Of a stretch of 64,000 bases of DNA, positions 19,621 to 29,845 are shown in pieces. The notes below the pieces were generated by a model. The model was not told the DNA's origin. It saw only the letters and a program-made list of their open reading frames with translations, and did no database searches. Position numbers and translations under genes: made by a program. Position 1 is the first letter of the stretch; each line of letters begins with the position of its first letter. The DNA lies in IMG/VR virus record IMGVR_UViG_3300050821_002957, positions 186,001 to 250,000 of that record, one strand, 5' to 3'.

Positions 19621-20112
19621 ATGATCTGTAAGAAATGCCAAAATCGTATCCCTACTCGCATTGTAATCGAAGGCCGTCGCCGAAACCTTCAGCGCCGCAA
19701 GTATTGTTTAAAGTGCTCGCCATTCGGAGTCCACAACACTGGCGACCCACAAAAAATTTCTCTTCGAGGTACAGATCGAAAATGCGAAGGATGTATCAAC
19801 ATGATAGAACGTCGAAGACGATATTGTTCATCATGCATAAGCCGGATGCGCCGTCACAAAAGAAAACAGGTTGGTGTAGATGTGTTGGGAGGAAAATGTA
19901 TGGATTGCGGCTATAATCGATGTCTGGCTGCTCTCTCATTTCATCACCGTGATCCTTCAAAAAAGGAATTTACGATCAGTGAATTTTCGAGAACTACGAT
20001 GTCTCGATTCATTGCCGAAGTAAAGAAGTGTGATTTGGTTTGTGCTACATGCCACATCGAGAGGCACTATTTGAAAGATGGAGCCGAGTGGGAGAATCGA
20101 ACTCCCGAATGA
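19621..20112 (+). CDS. HNH endonuclease, homing type, overlapping the 3' end of a tRNA gene
   Basis: GGKCMDCGY..ALSFHHRDP..KCDLVCATCH. Confidence 0.88.
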   Translation: MICKKCQNRIPTRIVIEGRRRNLQRRKYCLKCSPFGVHNTGDPQKISLRGTDRKCEGCINMIERRRRYCSSCISRMRRHKRKQVGVDVLGGKCMDCGYNRCLAALSFHHRDPSKKEFTISEFSRTTMSRFIAEVKKCDLVCATCHIERHYLKDGAEWENRTPE

Positions 20113-20153
20113 TCGCTTTGCAGGCGAATACCTTACCACTTGGTTAACTCGGC
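20079..20153 (-). tRNA. tRNA-Cys(GCA)
   Basis: Acceptor GCCGAGT/ACTCGGC, T loop TTCGATT, anticodon loop CT-GCA-AA, encoded CCA. Confidence 0.93.
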
Positions 20154-20159
20154 GTAGAA

Positions 20160-20393
20160 CTATCGACGAGGAGAACGAAAGGCGTGTTCCCTAATAGCTT
20201 TAATCTCTGATCGCAAAGACTTGATTTCTGTTTGAAGAGGTTCGATCTGCTTATTGATGACATCAGTGATGAGATTTTTTAATTCTCCCACAGCGTTATC
20301 GTCATCGGGAAGTTGTCCCTGGAAAACAGTATCTTCAGTTCTCTTCGAGAGAGCATAGAACAGATGAGCGAACAAATAATTTTGAGTGAACAT
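20160..20393 (-). CDS. Small coiled-coil protein between the tRNAs
   Basis: TATATA 6 nt before ATG 20393. Confidence 0.55.
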   Translation of the reverse strand: MFTQNYLFAHLFYALSKRTEDTVFQGQLPDDDNAVGELKNLITDVINKQIEPLQTEIKSLRSEIKAIREHAFRSPRR

Positions 20394-20410
20394 GGTAGTT
20401 ATATAGAATT

Positions 20411-20487
20411 TGGAGCACCCGGTGAGAGTCGAACTCACTTTTCATCAGTTTTGCAGACTGTGCCCTCACCACTTTGGGTTCAGGTGC
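20411..20487 (-). tRNA. tRNA-Cys(GCA), second divergent copy with A at position 8
   Basis: Acceptor GCACCTG/CGGGTGC, TTCGACT, CT-GCA-AA, encoded CCA. Confidence 0.88.
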
Positions 20488-20508
20488 ATGAAAGAGATTG
20501 GTGTGCTT

Positions 20509-20598
20509 TTAACAGAAGTGATGAAGAACGACGGTCGTAACAATCGCAACGACGTAGGCTGCGAGAATTGACTTGATGATGTAACGTCCGTATTCCAT
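20509..20598 (-). CDS. 29-aa single-pass membrane peptide (MEYGRYIIKSILAAYVVAIVTTVVLHHFC)
   Basis: TAGATA 5 nt before ATG; hydrophobic helix. Confidence 0.5.
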   Translation of the reverse strand: MEYGRYIIKSILAAYVVAIVTTVVLHHFC

Positions 20599-20633
20599 GT
20601 CAGTATCTATCTTCCCACAAATTTTGAATTCTG

Positions 20634-22325
20634 TCAATAGAGGTCTTCACTAAAAAGAATCGTGCCGACGTATTGTCCATCTTTTCCATAACACGATGGC
20701 CTGCCGGAAGCCTTCTGAATCTGCATGGCTTCCTCTCGACCAACGAACCTACCCGTCGATGTCACAAACCCTTGTTCAGCCTTGAGAATGTCCAGCCGAT
20801 TAACATCAGGCATGACACGCACTACGTCAAGACAATGATTGTGCCGGTGACCGTAGTACACTTCTCCATTCGGCATCCTGATCGCAGAGCAAATACAAAA
20901 TTCAGATTCCATTCTCCGATTCTAACATAGTCCGAACGTGATCAAGTTGAGCTTTGGCAAAATCCAATTCAAGTTGTGCCTTGGCTAATTTTTTGTAGAG
21001 GTTTTCCAAGATTCGCTCTCGGTTCCGGCGCAGTCTTACAGCTACCTGCTGCGGTGTCGGTTGGAAACAGCGTCGGGACAAACGTCGAATCAACCACCAC
21101 AAAGCTCTCAGTCTCATAATGCTCTCCGCTTGCGATCCCAAGGCTTTCGTTCCGGCTTGCGCTTCTTGGTCTTGAACATCTCAGGCGCAATTTTGTAAGC
21201 CAGTGCTGCGTTCTGGACGCCGACTGCTCGCACCATGTTGTCTTTGCCCTCAGTGTTCGGAAGAGCCGCCAGTAGCGACAAGGCGTGCATCAGTCTCATT
21301 TGGTCTTCGCCTCCTTGATTCTTCTCATGCGCTCGATGTACCACAGTGTGCTGGCTTCTCGCTTGATTCGCTTCTTGCAATGCACACAGGTCACCGCATC
21401 TTTATCGTTGGTCTTCTCACCTTCGTCCCGTCCACAATAGGCGAACGTCTTGCCTTCAGGATTCGTGATCTCGATGCCGTGGATTTTCATGCCTTCGCCT
21501 TTAATGGACAAATTTCCTTCGCATGGGACAAGCGAAACTCATCGTAGTAATCGCCGATGTAACGCAAACCACAGTTACACATATACGAATGTGTTGGATG
21601 CCAACAGCCATAAGGAATTAGATTTCCAAACTGATCGAACTTTTGGTAACTGTGACCGAAAAATTCTTGAGTCGCTGCTTCCTTGCACTTTTCTCCTGAT
21701 ATGCTTGTTTCTGAACAGCGAGGAAGATGTGGTTGTTTGGTAGCTGGGCGGCGGTTATCATACAGATGAGGAAAAATTTTGGTCAGTGGCTTTGTCGAGG
21801 CTTCCGGCAATGTTGGTGTCGGCAATGTTGGTGTCATTTGCTGTTGCAGCTTTATCAACAACATTTCGAGATCGGCAAGATCAAATCCGATTTCCTCCAA
21901 TTTTGTCATGCTGCTGCTACTTTCTGCGCCATTGCTACCGGAACTGCGGTCAGGCGGCGCTCGTATTCATTCAGTTCTGCTCGAAGAAAAAGCTGGTCGT
22001 CACTCTGACCATTGAAAGTTGAACGGACCCGAGGAACCGGCTGTTGTGCGATTCCGAGTTTTTTGCAAGCGATATCGACATGCTCTTTGACGGTCGCATA
22101 AGCTGCCGGATCAAAAGGTTTTCCGGCTCGCAGCGACTTTTCTTTCAGGGACGTAAATACTTTGTACTGATCAAGATACCATACAATCTGGGCCTTGTCC
22201 ATACCTTTGAAGGCCGATCCACCACAAACCCAGCAGGTCATGTCGATTGGACGGCTGACACCTTCTCCGTCGATGCAAACCGTTCCGGTCCCTTTGCATC
22301 CCTTACAGGTGGGTGTCTTCTTCAT
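20634..22325 (-). CDS. Operon of about six small hypothetical ORFs, several Cys-rich (including 21906-22325, 21487-21909, 20634-20912)
   Basis: Coupled ORFs downstream of the promoter at 22332-22372. Confidence 0.6.
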
Positions 22326-22331
22326 GCTCTA

Positions 22332-22406
22332 AGAATAGCAAATTGAAATACCCATGTCAATAGATACATCTAAAAATTTTGACATTTTTCTAAGGTCTGG
22401 TAAGCT
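22332..22406. promoter_or_regulatory. Divergent sigma70-type promoters sharing a TAGATACATCTA palindrome
   Basis: Minus: TTGACA-17-TATTCT; palindrome 22361-22372; plus: TTGACA-16-TAAGCT. Confidence 0.7.
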
Positions 22407-22424
22407 AAGTGAAGCGAGGAATCC

Positions 22425-22883
22425 ATGAAAAAGTCACCGCCGAGTGCATTCGTAGAATTGATTGAAACCCAGAAGGCCGAAGCCGAAAAGGACAGGATCA
22501 AATGGGAGCACATCCATAGAGAAGAAGACGCTGAAGAAGCCACCTTGTACAAGAAATTCAAAAAGGCACTCCAAGAATACGATGGCGTGACGATTGACAA
22601 ACACGATCTGTCCATAAAAACAATCCCGGAGAAAAATACTGTTCAACTATTCATAGACAAACAATTGTGGATGTCATTCAGAGTCAAGCGACATTTTGGA
22701 AGTTGTTCGTGTGAAAATGTCTGTGACTGTCCTCGTTCGACTTGGATATCGCTTGAGTCAATTCAACATCGAAAGGCTGGTGAATATGGAGCGTATTTTT
22801 CATGTGGCGAATTTAGCGATGATAAGGCTTTCGCTCATGCAATCAAACAAGTCATGATTGATTATAGTTACGAGCACAGATGA
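22425..22883 (+). CDS. Hypothetical protein
   Basis: GAGGA RBS; Cys cluster. Confidence 0.65.
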   Translation: MKKSPPSAFVELIETQKAEAEKDRIKWEHIHREEDAEEATLYKKFKKALQEYDGVTIDKHDLSIKTIPEKNTVQLFIDKQLWMSFRVKRHFGSCSCENVCDCPRSTWISLESIQHRKAGEYGAYFSCGEFSDDKAFAHAIKQVMIDYSYEHR

Positions 22884-23488
22884 TAGTCGGACTTACAGGC
22901 GGCATCGGCACCGGCAAGTCAACAGTTGGACGAATGTTCCGTGACCTTGGTGCAACTCTCGTCTCTGCTGACGATTTAGGCCATCAGGCAATGCATTCGA
23001 CTGGCGCTGCTTATCAAGCCATCATTGACCGATTTGCTGATTCCATTCCCGCACTAATCAAACCAGACGGCGAGATTGACCGGCGTGTACTCGGTTATCA
23101 CGTCTATTTGAATCCAAGTGAACTGATCGATCTAGAGAAAATTGTACACCCAGCGGTCGAGAAGTTGTTTTTGGATTTCGTCAAGAAACTCGATTATGAT
23201 AACACATTGATCGTATATGAGTGTGCCATCCTTTTTGAGCACTGTATCGATCTTCGGCTGAATCCACCTATGGCTTGTACGATTGCAACATGGTGCCCGG
23301 AAGAAACTCAAATAACTCGGATCATGCAACGAGATAACCTGGACCGATCAGAAGTACTTCAACGAATAGAAAAACAAATGCCAGCCGATGTTAAACGTGA
23401 TTTGGCAGACTTCACGATTGACACGAGCACTGACGTAATGGATCAAGTTGCAAACATTTTATTGACAATTATCCAGACCAGCAAATAA
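22880..23488 (+). CDS. coaE: Dephospho-CoA kinase
   Basis: VGLTGGIGTGKST P-loop, DGEIDRR, IVHP, R..QRD, ADFTID. Confidence 0.9.
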   Translation: MIVGLTGGIGTGKSTVGRMFRDLGATLVSADDLGHQAMHSTGAAYQAIIDRFADSIPALIKPDGEIDRRVLGYHVYLNPSELIDLEKIVHPAVEKLFLDFVKKLDYDNTLIVYECAILFEHCIDLRLNPPMACTIATWCPEETQITRIMQRDNLDRSEVLQRIEKQMPADVKRDLADFTIDTSTDVMDQVANILLTIIQTSK

Positions 23489-24233
23489 GGAAGGCGGCAC
23501 CACTTGATTTGGTACTGAACGAACTTGACTGAGATGTTCAATTAGCTCGACCGCATTCTTTACAGCCTTGCCAGCCGCTACGTTCTGGCCCATATGCATT
23601 GCCGAATGAAACGCATTTTCAAACGTTGCCATGACGAGCTTCTGTTGCTCTTCTGACAATGCCTTGTACTTCGGAGATGCAACGAAGTCAAGTGTCTCAT
23701 TATAGCGATCTAAGTCCATAGTGAGAGTATTTAGATTTCAGCGTAGGCTTTCGCAAACATTATTTCATTGGGTTTGTATCGAAATCTGGTTGCAGAGCGA
23801 GCCATTGCTTCCGACTTGTAGACCTTCGCCCCAGCAGTATAGGCTCCAGAGGTCGCCTTGTTATTTTTAAGGACAATGGCGACATAGCCCAGTTCAAGTC
23901 GTTTTGTTTTTTCTACTGGTGTCGGCGGGGCCGGTGGAATTGCCTCTAATTCTTGTGCCGAAATTTTCAAAATTGCATTGAGACCGAGTGGGTCCTCTGG
24001 ATCGATTTTTTTCTTTTTCATTCAGTCCACTTATTTTCTATTGCTTCTTCTACCAATGCCTTGGATGTCGATCCCCATACTTTGGTCGGCAATAATTGAC
24101 ATGCTCGACGAATCCAGTCCAACAACCTGACATTTTCTTGTTGCAGCATCGCCATATCAGCAGGTAACTCATCAAGTTCGATTGCTACCTGTTCAAAAAT
24201 CAAATTGCGGAGATCGAAGGGATCATCTATCAT
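23459..24233 (-). CDS. Three small hypothetical ORFs (23459-23719, 23731-24021, 24018-24233)
   Basis: Coupled ORFs; TAAATA before 23719. Confidence 0.6.
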
Positions 24234-24709
24234 TTACAAATAAAATTTTCCTTGATATGACTCACTGCTTTAGTCAGAGACGTGAATTGTTTGATGCCAT
24301 AACGGTTACAGACAATATCGACATTTCCTTTACGCCAGAAGCCAGAAGGACATACTACATGCAGTTTGTCAGTACCAGCATATAGACCAAGTTCAAGAAG
24401 GCTGATCGGACTTTTCGTCGCCGGATCAAAGTACATAATGATTGCATCGGCAGCTTCAAGAGCATCCAATTCCCATTCGACTTGCTGACGAAATTGCCTA
24501 CTTGATGCCACGTTCCGCCAATCAGAATTCCATTGTTCACGTCGTGGATTGAGCAAGATCACATCGTACTTTTTAAACATTGACACGACATGCTTCTGCC
24601 ACGGCTTTGCTCTATTCTGTTCGATGGAGCCGCCCAGAAAAATACGAAATCCGTCTGAAGGGTAGCTGTTTGGTGCTTTGAATTCTTGGGCCACAACTGA
24701 AGATAACAC
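24230..24709 (-). CDS. Nucleoside 2-deoxyribosyltransferase-like protein
   Basis: IFLGGSIE..WQ..NPRR..QVEWEL..SPISLLELG..FWRKGNV. Confidence 0.85.
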   Translation of the reverse strand: MLSSVVAQEFKAPNSYPSDGFRIFLGGSIEQNRAKPWQKHVVSMFKKYDVILLNPRREQWNSDWRNVASSRQFRQQVEWELDALEAADAIIMYFDPATKSPISLLELGLYAGTDKLHVVCPSGFWRKGNVDIVCNRYGIKQFTSLTKAVSHIKENFICK

Positions 24710-24814
24710 GCATGTTGAGACCTGTCAAACTTGGAAATTTGACAACTCTTAAATTCGTGCGATGATGACTCCACAAGGACAGAAACATTGGAACCCTCAA
24801 CAGCAACAGCACCT

Positions 24815-25459
24815 ATGAACACACGAGAAGAGTATTTATTGGCAGCGGTCGAAAAGCTCAGGCCGATCTTCGTCAAGGCAAAATTAGAAATCCAACCGAT
24901 CAAAGTATCGTGTGGACTCCCATCAAAGAAAAAGGCGCTCGGCGAATGTTGGAGTAGTGAATGCACCTTCGACGGCACCCGGCATATTTTTGTCACACCA
25001 GAACATCCTGACGCTGTGAGTACGCTTGGAACATTGGCACACGAACTCGTTCATGCATGTCTGCCGGATGATGCTAAACATGGTCCAAAATTCAAAGACG
25101 CCATGAAGCTCATCGGTCTCGAAGGCAAAGCGATTCATGCAGGTCCAGGACCAGAACTGCAACTCATCATCGAAAAGATCGTCGAAGAATTGGGCGATTA
25201 TCCGAATCCGACATTGAAGCCCAAACCAAAGTCGAAAAAAGAACGTGCCGAAGGAAAGAAGACATTCAAACTTTTCTGCCCACGAAAGCGCAACGGTGAT
25301 AAATCTTGTCTGCTTACGGAAAAGACGAACGGCGGCGACTACAGTGTAACCGTAAGTCGTAAGATGCTTAAGATGGCATTTCCGATTTGTGTCTGCGGCG
25401 CTGAAATGGAAATGGAAACGGAAGATTATGAACTCTACAAGCTCGGAGAAGCCGCCTGA
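24815..25459 (+). CDS. SprT-like Zn metallopeptidase-domain protein
   Basis: LGECW..TLAHELVH..HGPKFK; C-terminal CxC; start uncertain. Confidence 0.75.
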   Translation: MNTREEYLLAAVEKLRPIFVKAKLEIQPIKVSCGLPSKKKALGECWSSECTFDGTRHIFVTPEHPDAVSTLGTLAHELVHACLPDDAKHGPKFKDAMKLIGLEGKAIHAGPGPELQLIIEKIVEELGDYPNPTLKPKPKSKKERAEGKKTFKLFCPRKRNGDKSCLLTEKTNGGDYSVTVSRKMLKMAFPICVCGAEMEMETEDYELYKLGEAA

Positions 25460-26360
25460 TTATTTGGGTGGTATACTTTCCTCTCTACGGGAAAAAATAG
25501 CACAAAATCTTTTGGATGAAATGAGTCAGTTATTGTTCAAGATTCATCATCCTGATTCTGGCAGGGTCATTGAATCTGTTGTCCAAATGTTGTCGGATAA
25601 CAAGTTGACCATCCTGGCGGCGTTGTGTACAAATAGTCAGGACAGCGAAAGCATCCAAGTTATCGCCACGACCATAATAATGCGACTGGCGTCAAAACAA
25701 AACATTGAGATCACCAGTACCGAGATGTTTGTCGATGCTACGAACAATTTTTTGCTGTTAGTAAATTTCGAGAACCTTCGGCGCAGAGGATATTTGGAAT
25801 ACCTCTGGCAGCGAGACATGTTCTCTACAGCAGAAGATCCAATGGCATTTAACAAGATCACTCCAGAAGGCGCAGTGTACACTCAACAAGAATTTCTGAA
25901 GCGGTACGAAGGGACGGGTAAAACGGTTCAGTAAATGGCAGCAATCACGCATTATCATGGGTGTCCTAGATTTTGGCACGCCCCACCAAACAACTTGGCG
26001 TGTATCTGCTCGGACATTAGTCGTAAACTGGACGGAGTGATCTATGACACTTTCATCGATCCAATTTATAACAAATACCATAGCTTCCATCCAGACGTGG
26101 CCTATGAGCGAGAACCGGAACCGAATGCAGTGGACCAGTTGCCTGTTATAATGAAAGCCATGATCGACCCAGAAGAAGTGATTCGTGTCTGTGCTCAGGA
26201 AGCCAAAGAGGATTTTCATCAGTCTGCGGTTGAACAACTTTTGCAAAAATTTAATGGATCAGAACCAGATTTTGGTAACCGGGCTGCGGAACTAGCTGAA
26301 GAGTTGCGACGAGTACAAAAAGAAAAAGATACTCTTACATTTTGGTCCTGCGCCGGTTAA
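25428..26360 (+). CDS. Two hypothetical proteins (25428-25934, 25935-26360)
   Basis: Coupled ORFs. Confidence 0.6.
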
Positions 26361-26510
26361 GGTTCCTATTGATAAGATTCCTATTGATCATGTGCCTGTC
26401 AAAATACCACAACGAAAAGCACGTCCGATCCGAGATGAATCTGTTTATGAAAATGCAAGACGACTTGGTATCGAAGATATCGTCGATGATCTATTGGACA
26501 ATTTATTCAA

Positions 26511-26810
26511 ATGATTGGAACATGTGACCTCTGTAAACGAAGAGAAGTCGATGTCACCCGACACCATCTGATTCCTCGAACGACACACAAAAACAAAAAG
26601 ACCAAAAAAGAAACCAAATTTGAAGATCGCATCAAAACGGTTCCTCTCTGCCGACCGTGCCATAATCAGATCCACCACATCTTTACAGAAAAGGAACTGG
26701 AACGACAATGGAACACGGTCGAGCATTTGTTGACCCATCCAGAAGTCATCAAATTTGTAACATGGATTTCCAAACGTGCGGTCGGAGCACGTCTAAAAGT
26801 TAGAGCTTAA
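26511..26810 (+). CDS. Small HNH-family protein
   Basis: CDLC..TRHHLIP..LCRPCHNQIH. Confidence 0.8.
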   Translation: MIGTCDLCKRREVDVTRHHLIPRTTHKNKKTKKETKFEDRIKTVPLCRPCHNQIHHIFTEKELERQWNTVEHLLTHPEVIKFVTWISKRAVGARLKVRA

Positions 26811-26828
26811 AAATTGAATGAGAGTAAA

Positions 26829-27008
26829 TTACCGTCTCAAGAGATTTTCTGTATGTTTCAAAAACATCTCGTGCGACTGCATCAGAGCATACAAGGCAAG
26901 CTGATCACGTTCGTCGGGAGTTGCTTCGAGCTTCATGAAGAGGCTCGGAATGATTACGAGTGTTTGGTAGGCTCCCAACACTGTGCAGGACGTTCCGTCA
27001 AGTTTCAT
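26829..27008 (-). CDS. 59-aa protein, tandem paralog of 27164-27349, absent from the ORF track
   Basis: MKLDGTSCTVLGAYQTLVIIPSLFMKLEATPDERDQLALYALMQSHEMFLKHTEN. Confidence 0.75.
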   Translation of the reverse strand: MKLDGTSCTVLGAYQTLVIIPSLFMKLEATPDERDQLALYALMQSHEMFLKHTENLLRR

Positions 27009-27163
27009 TTGAGAATCACCCTTTTGTGATTAGTAGTTCTTTGGGTTAAAAGTTCTCGGCCATCCCTTTTTGCTGTTCATCCATACACAGCAAAGTGAAA
27101 GTAACTGTTTTTCACAGTTTTGTGGGTAACTCAAAGAATTTAAAGGATTGTGAGCAATTTTGA

Positions 27164-27349
27164 TCATCTCTGAGACCTTGTGATGTTCTCAGTGTGGCGC
27201 AAAAACATCTGATGGCATTGCATTAGCGCATACAAAGCAAGCTGATTTCGTTCGTCTTCGGTCGCTTCTAGCGTCATAAACAAAGAAGGAATGATCACCA
27301 AAGTATGGTAAGCATTCCGAATCGTACACAGTTTTCCATCGAGCTTCAT
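27164..27349 (-). CDS. 61-aa protein, tandem paralog of 26829-27008
   Basis: Shared TLVIIPSLFM.LEAT.DER.QLALYALMQ. Confidence 0.75.
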   Translation of the reverse strand: MKLDGKLCTIRNAYHTLVIIPSLFMTLEATEDERNQLALYALMQCHQMFLRHTENITRSQR

Positions 27350-27429
27350 TTGGGGAGCCTTTCAAGCCTTCTTTCAAGCCTCTATTAAAGTGTCCTTAAT
27401 CACACCACGACCGGCGTGTTTTGTAACGA

Positions 27430-27493
27430 ACGTAATAGTACGTAAACGATACGTAATTTGACCCAGAATAAAGCAAGTGTACTAAGGTGTCAA
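27430..27493 (-). promoter_or_regulatory. Sigma70-type promoter followed by three helically phased TTACGT repeats
   Basis: TTGACA-17-TATTCT; acgtaa at 27430, 27440 and 27451. Confidence 0.65.
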
Positions 27494-27546
27494 GTTAATT
27501 TTTCATAAACATGCAGAAATGTTTTAGGTTACCCAAAAGATAGGAT

Positions 27547-28062
27547 CTAGTGACCATCTGACGACCAATGAGGAGGATCGGATAACAATTTGATGACACC
27601 GAATTTCGCACCGGCTGCATGAAGAGTAATAGGACCGTCGATCAGTGTACCATCGGCCAACGTGATGGATGCGCCTGGATAATGAATGTCCATGTCTACA
27701 GCAAGACGTTGGGTATGTCGAGAAGTAAGTGCCGGTGGATAGACAATCCCATAGCCCACAGTCATCTGTTTCGCCGCAACAATAGATGCTGAGAGGTTTC
27801 CATGATCCCACTGAATGTTCACGCCTGCCATCACTGGAACAGCACTGGGCGCAATCTGGCTGGCAGCAATCATAGCGGAGTAATGCATCAGAAAGGCACG
27901 CTCTGCTGGTCGATAGGTCGCAGAGATAGTTACTGTAGCACCCGCAGTTTGTAATGCAGAGATGAACGTCTTGCAGTTAGTCTTGAAAGGATCGATCAAA
28001 TCGTCAAGAGAGACGGAGGTAGGAAAAAGTTCGCACCAATTTGGTCCAGATAAAATAGTCAC
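27547..28062 (-). CDS. Peptidase M15-type cell wall hydrolase, candidate endolysin
   Basis: YRP..R, SRH-x6-D, DPPH Zn ligands; late promoter 5 nt before GTG. Confidence 0.75.
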   Translation of the reverse strand: MTILSGPNWCELFPTSVSLDDLIDPFKTNCKTFISALQTAGATVTISATYRPAERAFLMHYSAMIAASQIAPSAVPVMAGVNIQWDHGNLSASIVAAKQMTVGYGIVYPPALTSRHTQRLAVDMDIHYPGASITLADGTLIDGPITLHAAGAKFGVIKLLSDPPHWSSDGH

Positions 28063-28087
28063 ATCTTTATTTATCTGGACACAATAA

Positions 28088-28117
28088 GAAGCCCCGACTT
28101 TTTAGATCGGGGCTTCG
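28088..28117 (-). terminator. Intrinsic terminator
   Basis: gaagccccga / tcggggcttc inverted repeat. Confidence 0.7.
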
Positions 28118-28171
28118 GATACTGACCTTGGAAAGGTCGGGAGAATTACGTCTCCATCGATAGTGAAATAA

Positions 28172-29254
28172 TTACTGCGCTGATGCCGTTTCTTCGGGAG
28201 CAGCTACCGAAACCACCTGATGACCATTCATTGCAGCTTCGCCGATAGCCGTCGCAGTGGATGCCAGATCCTTCTTGGATACGGTTTGCTTGACGGTTGC
28301 GCCGATGAAGGGCTTCCATTTGGTTTTGATCACGTCGGCACGCAACGCATCGAATGCGAGTAACATGGCACGACGAATGAAGATCGGACGAGTTTTGTCA
28401 CGCTGGCCGGTTGCGAACGTCTCGACCAATTCCGACCGCAGAGCATCAACAGGATTGCCCTTGGGCAGCGAATTCTCCAACGGATTGAAGAAGGCTTCCA
28501 TGAACAACATGCCCTTTTCACGGTCGATGTCGAACATCTTCAGGGCGGCGGCGGCGTAAATCGGAATGCGCTTCGTGCCCAGTTCGTCGTTCACGCTGCC
28601 GTGCGAGCGAAACAGAGTTGCGATGGTTTCGTAGACCGAATCGAAATACTCACGCTTGGTCTTGTACTCGTCGTTGATTTCGAGACGAGACATTGCCTTG
28701 TTGATGCTGCCCGGTTTGATGTTCTCTGGGAGCATGTAGTATTCGACCATCTCCCACTTGTGAGTGTCCACGTTTGCAAAATGGGCGAGGTTGGTCTTGG
28801 TGCGCTTTGCAACGCCCATGACGAGAAGATTGTCGATCAGAGCTTCGATGTTATCCACATGAATGCCGGTCAGCACTGTGGTTTCATAGCTCACTTCTGG
28901 ATTGATCTCTGCTGCTTTCAGCACTGCGTTGCACCGATGTTGCAAATCGATGCCGTCTGCGGTGTCCGTAAACAACAGAGGTTCTCCAGTGTTGCGAAAA
29001 TGTCCATTAAGCATCTGCCGTGCCATCGATTCGACCACCGACCAGTTGATCGGGCGATTCGTGACCTTGGGGTCCTTAAGGTTGAACTTCAGCAAAAATT
29101 CGGCAAGCTGCTTGTTTAGGCACACCGTGAACACTTTCACTTTGCTGTCTTTGCTGGATGCTTCGAGCGTCTTATTGAGAAGTGCCAGGGCTTTGCCTGA
29201 CCCTTTCAACGTTTGGATCTGTTGATCGTCAATCGTTTGAAGATTGGTAGTCAT
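28172..29254 (-). CDS. ParB/DGQHR-like domain protein with variant DLQHR motif
   Basis: LAEFLL..NRPI..V..MARQM..G..TGEPLLF..IDLQHR..AV. Confidence 0.65.
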   Translation of the reverse strand: MTTNLQTIDDQQIQTLKGSGKALALLNKTLEASSKDSKVKVFTVCLNKQLAEFLLKFNLKDPKVTNRPINWSVVESMARQMLNGHFRNTGEPLLFTDTADGIDLQHRCNAVLKAAEINPEVSYETTVLTGIHVDNIEALIDNLLVMGVAKRTKTNLAHFANVDTHKWEMVEYYMLPENIKPGSINKAMSRLEINDEYKTKREYFDSVYETIATLFRSHGSVNDELGTKRIPIYAAAALKMFDIDREKGMLFMEAFFNPLENSLPKGNPVDALRSELVETFATGQRDKTRPIFIRRAMLLAFDALRADVIKTKWKPFIGATVKQTVSKKDLASTATAIGEAAMNGHQVVSVAAPEETASAQ

Positions 29255-29342
29255 AGAAGTCTTTCTTAGTTCTGAATTGAAAACGATTGGCTCAACACGC
29301 CGAGAATTTTTGACGTTTGTCCTTTCGTCTGCCTTCTCTTGT

Positions 29343-29359
29343 AGCAACGTTGATGCCAA
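29343..29359 (-). promoter_or_regulatory. Sigma54-type (-24/-12) promoter
   Basis: TTGGCATCAACGTTGCT with GG and GC 12 nt apart, 88 nt upstream of ATG 29254. Confidence 0.55.
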
Positions 29360-29591
29360 ACCTGTCTCACACACGAAAACCACGCTTTTTCAACATACGA
29401 AATTCTGTCTTCGCTGTTGTTTCACTTTTTGGATGCAAAATTTTCTGCAAAAGATGCACGAAACTTTGGTTGTGATGAAAAAACTGCAATTTTTGTATAC
29501 CACCAGTGACGACATATGGACACTAGGTGACGGCCATTAGACATCATTGGCGCAGGTAACATATGTTAAATGGCGACACATGACCCATAAA

Positions 29592-29845
29592 GTAAAAGGG
29601 AGCAAAGTCTATGCGACTCGGCTCCCTGGACTACAAGCATTTGCGAACTATTCAATCAAGTATATAATGAGACCAGTGCTATTGCCTGTTGGTAATCATC
29701 CGCACACCCGGCAACTACCAAGTCCCCGTTGAAGTCGATGCGACGGACGTGAACATTTCTAGTTCTTTCGACCCGGCCCCGAAATGGTCAACCGTGAGTT
29801 TCAGGTCTAGCACTCAACGTTCGCTCGTCACTAATGGCTGAGTAC
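29592..29845 (-). ncRNA. Putative structured noncoding RNA of about 250 nt
   Basis: TTGACA-17-TACATT promoter (29880-29852); several helices; terminator hairpin 29598-29626 plus T run; no credible ORF. Confidence 0.55.

Noticed and set aside
21803-21835. 15-bp tandem duplication
   Set aside because: In-frame duplication encoding TPTLP twice; ordinary linker
27147-27160. lac-operator-like ATTGTGAGC
   Set aside because: Half site only; expected by chance
29500-29590. TIGR-like guide array (CCA-spacer-TG units) near the ParB-like gene
   Set aside because: Spacer lengths are irregular, there are only three or four units, and no Nop-domain protein was recognised
29728-29742. raiA-motif RNA similarity (GTTGAAGTCGATGC)
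   Set aside because: The match does not extend to other conserved segments as I recall them
29505-29838. Retron msr-msd with terminal inverted repeats
   Set aside because: No reverse transcriptase in the window and the repeats are only 8 bp
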